Source of the DNA: Mobula birostris
Taxonomy: Eukaryota
Assembly (NCBI RefSeq): GCF_030028105.1
Contig: NC_092378.1
Coordinates: 106,939,731-107,003,730, forward strand
Length of the DNA: 64,000 nt
Direction: 5' to 3'
The notes under the pieces were generated by a model, which made no database searches, was not told the DNA's origin, and saw only the letters and a list, made by a program, of their open reading frames with translations. Shown in pieces: positions 60,986 to 64,000 of the stretch. Made by a program: the position numbers and the translations under genes. Each line of letters begins with the position of its first letter. The first letter of the stretch is position 1.

Positions 60986-62027
60986 AACACAAGATTCTGG
61001 AAATCTTGACCAAAACGCACAAAATGCTGGAGGAACTCAGCAAATCAGGCAGCATCAATGGAGGGGAATAAACAGTTGACTTTTCGTGCCAAGACCCTTC
61101 ATCGGGCCGGAAAAGGTAGGGACTGAGGCCAGAATAAGAAGGTTGGGGGAGAAGACATGGTGCAAGCTACCATGTGATGTTGAAACCAAGTTGTTGAGTG
61201 GTGGAAGGGGATGAAGTAATAAATGGAAGGGATAGAGGGCTGATGAAGTAGCAATCTTTTCGGGGAGGGCAGTGGACCGTAGAAGAAAGTGAAGGAGGAA
61301 GGACACCAGAGGGCAGGTGAGGAGAAAAGAAGGGGTGACAGGGGAACCAGAATATGGAATGGAAAAAAAGAGAAGGGGAAGGGGGAGACATTACCAGAAG
61401 TTAGAGGAGATTGGTGTTCATGCCATCAATTGAAGGTTACTCAGACAGAATATGAAGTGCTGCTGGGCTAGGAGAACCAGATATTGTAGTTGACCTTGAC
61501 AGGCTGTCACCTCACCCGGAAGGACTTTTGGTGTCCCGGAATGATGGTAAGAGGTGGTCTAGGGGCAGGTGTAGCATGTATCCCACTTAGAAGGATAAGT
61601 GCAAGCAGGAGGATCAGTGGGAAGGAATGAGTGAACAAGGGAGTAATGTAGAACATAATCTATGGAAGGCGGAGTGGGGTAGGGAGAAATGTGCTAATTA
61701 CTGGTAGGATCCTGTTTTAGGTGATGGAAGTTATGGAGAATGATGTGCTAGATATGGAGGCTTGTGGGATTATAGATAAAACTAAGGGGAACCATAGTCG
61801 TGTTAGGGCGGGAGGATGGTATGAGGACTGATGTGTGGTAACATTGGAGAAGAATGAGGGCGGCATACATAATGTGGAAGAAGGAGGATATTTCAGATTT
61901 CCAGAATGGAGAGCTCCATCCTGAGAACAGGTGTGGTGGAGATGGAGGAGCTGAGAGAAGTGATAGTTTTTTTTCCCTCAAGTGGCAGGGTGGAAAGAGG
62001 TATAATCAAGATTACTATGACAGTAGA
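60986..62027 (-). mobile_element. Older Penelope-like element fragment
   Basis: Reverse complement resembles the 3' half of 19677-21607, degraded. Confidence 0.7.
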
Positions 62028-63218
62028 TAAATCTACTGATCGCTGTCTAATTTAAGATGAACATTGATTTACTTGAAAGCCGAGAGAAACTGAAGTTATT
62101 TTCATAGGACAGGAAAGGCTGAAGAAATTTGGCAAGGATTCATAATTGTGTAGAGTTTTGTTAATAAAGGAAAGGAAGTATACATTCCCAAAGTAAAATA
62201 AAAGAAAAATACTTGGAAGTTTCTATTTTCTGGAATATACCTACTGACCGATTGGGGGAAGCACAATTGATAACTTTTGTAAGGAAAATTGGCAAAGGTA
62301 TGGAAGGCGAGGTATGGGTTAGATAGTGGAACTACAGTTGACTCTTTCAAAGAGTCAGCATAGAGGTAATGGAACAAGTTACAGCCTCCTGTTTATTATT
62401 AAATGATAGTAAACTACTGTTGTAGGTGTGAATGCAGTCAAAGGTGAGAGAATCTGTAAAAAGCATTGCAGTTTGCTGCACAATCTTCTCCATTCTTCAG
62501 TATTCACTCTTCTGTACAGGCTTCCACCATTAGAATCCTAATAATAAATTTTCATTCCAAGCCTTTGTGTTTATACCAGAAGATTCAAGGAGGAAAATCC
62601 TGGCATTTATTTTAAAATAAGCATCAATTAACCAGTGTCAGACACATAGTTGAAATAGTCTGGCAGCTATTTGCATGTGTTACTCAATTTTGGTATTCAT
62701 TGCACAAAATATTTGCTTGTGTTTACAATTTTAACATTTGTGGGTCTTGTGCAAAGCCAAAATCTTTGAACAAGTGGAAATGTGAGCAAGCAAATTTCTT
62801 TTCAAGTATTTACTAAGGTTTTGATTGGTTGGCCTTTCTATCAGGAAACTGCCATACTAAATTTCTTCCAACAACATGCAACCTGCTGGAGGAACTCAGT
62901 GGGTGAGGCAGCATTTATGGAGGGAAATGAACAGTCATTGTTCCACATTGAGACCCTTCATTGGGCCAGAGGAAATCTCAATGAATGCTGCCTGGCCCAC
63001 TCAGTTCCTCCAGCATGTTTTGTGTCCATCATTGCAGTCGTTTATTTCTACTAAATTTCTTTGTTTAGCTGGCAAATAATCAAACACTGAGGTAAAAGAA
63101 ACTGCAACGCACAAAGGGTTCAACCTGACTGCAATTATTCTGTTGTTTCATGTTCTTAGAAATGTGTACTGTGGTTCTCCATCTTACTACTGTTAACCAT
63201 TGCTTGAAACATTTACAG

Positions 63219-63407
63219 ATCAAGGTCACGGGATCACCGGCGGAGACGCTCTAGTTCTCCTGCTCACGAGCGACGTAGGTCTAGGTCAAGGTCCAGGTCC
63301 AGAGAACGAGAAAGACGCCGCAGGCACAGATCTCGTTCACATAGCCGCAGCAGAGGACATTGTCGCAGCTCAAGAGACAAAAGCAGGGACCGGAGTTCAA
63401 AGCATAA
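63219..63407 (+). CDS. LUC7L: LUC7L exon 9 (RS domain)
   Basis: SRSRDHRRRRSSSPAHERRRSRSRSRS...DRSSKH; donor TAA|gtaaga; read-through gives AAG TAA. Confidence 0.93.
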
Positions 63408-64000
63408 GTAAGACTCATGAAGTTATTGAAGTTTTAAGTTTCTGGAATATCATTCCTACTCATTATGATATTAATTCTGTGTTAAGACTGCAACAGGTTA
63501 TAACCCCTTTTATGACTGAATATAACCTGTGCAGTTAGCTACATATTTTATTTGTATTAATTTTTATTGTTGGTATGGATTTTAAGAGGAATCTGTATAC
63601 GATGACCCTGAACACAGGTTATGTTTGTAAAATGTTGGCAGAATTATTTACCTGATCGTCGTAATTGAAGATCTAACCAGTTATTCATGTATGATTTGTT
63701 GTATTTAATAGTTGGAGATTCGTAGCTTTTTCCAAGGTTCAGCTGTTCCATCAAAGATCCATGCTCTTAGAATTGTAAAACACTCTTTCCAATTAGCTTA
63801 CCTTCCCCTTAGGGGGATTAGATTATAGTGATGGGTTTGATGTGCTGTCATTATGTGTGAGTGTCTTTTTAGCCTTATTCAAGAAATGTAATTGAGAAAT
63901 ATGGATAAAGTGAAACTAGTTACCACCACCAGCACAAATTAATTTTGCTGTGATTGAGAAACCTATTTGTGATTAGTTAAACATTTCTTATGAGTATTTT

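Larger units (their letters stand above)
47858..63407 (+). other. LUC7L: LUC7L gene span (U1 snRNP-associated splicing factor); terminal exon of the long isoform lies beyond the window
   Basis: 9 GT-AG exons (61, 95, 99, 111, 144, 177, 89, 30, 189 nt) encoding two zinc fingers and an RS domain. Head-to-head with FAM234A favours LUC7L over LUC7L2. Confidence 0.92.

Noticed and set aside
1-64000. CRISPR arrays, rRNA or tRNA genes, prokaryotic operons
   Set aside because: None seen. The only tRNA-related sequences are the PBS at 34922-34939 and degenerate SINE heads.

Overview
Vertebrate genomic DNA, not prokaryotic. The repeat repertoire suggests a cartilaginous fish, probably a ray (inference). 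Three spliced protein-coding genes were reconstructed by hand. (1) The 5' part of a COX6B gene on the minus strand: non-coding exon 1 in a CpG island near 7980-8100 and first coding exon 3845-3955. (2) A complete FAM234A/ITFG3 gene on the minus strand: 11 coding exons, 43938 to 15444, 570 aa. (3) LUC7L on the plus strand: 9 coding exons, 47858-63407, continuing past the window and sharing a compact bidirectional promoter with FAM234A. Introns and intergenic DNA are full of transposons: Penelope-like elements (RT + GIY-YIG) with minimal hammerhead ribozyme motifs, CR1, RTE and Rex1-type LINEs, V-SINEs, Tigger/pogo, Tc1, hAT and a Gypsy-type LTR composite. The most unusual structures are: (a) a 3 kb LTR composite whose junctions fit concerted integration by ends of two different LTR elements; (b) intron-less myosin heavy chain patches captured inside that element; (c) TSD-flanked hairpin mini-Penelope insertions, some with hammerhead motifs on both strands; (d) two candidate poison exons in LUC7L intron 1; (e) a dead partial duplicate of a FAM234A exon. 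All coordinates were counted by hand. Repeat boundaries without a TSD or TIR are approximate, and family assignments come from recognised motifs, not database searches.
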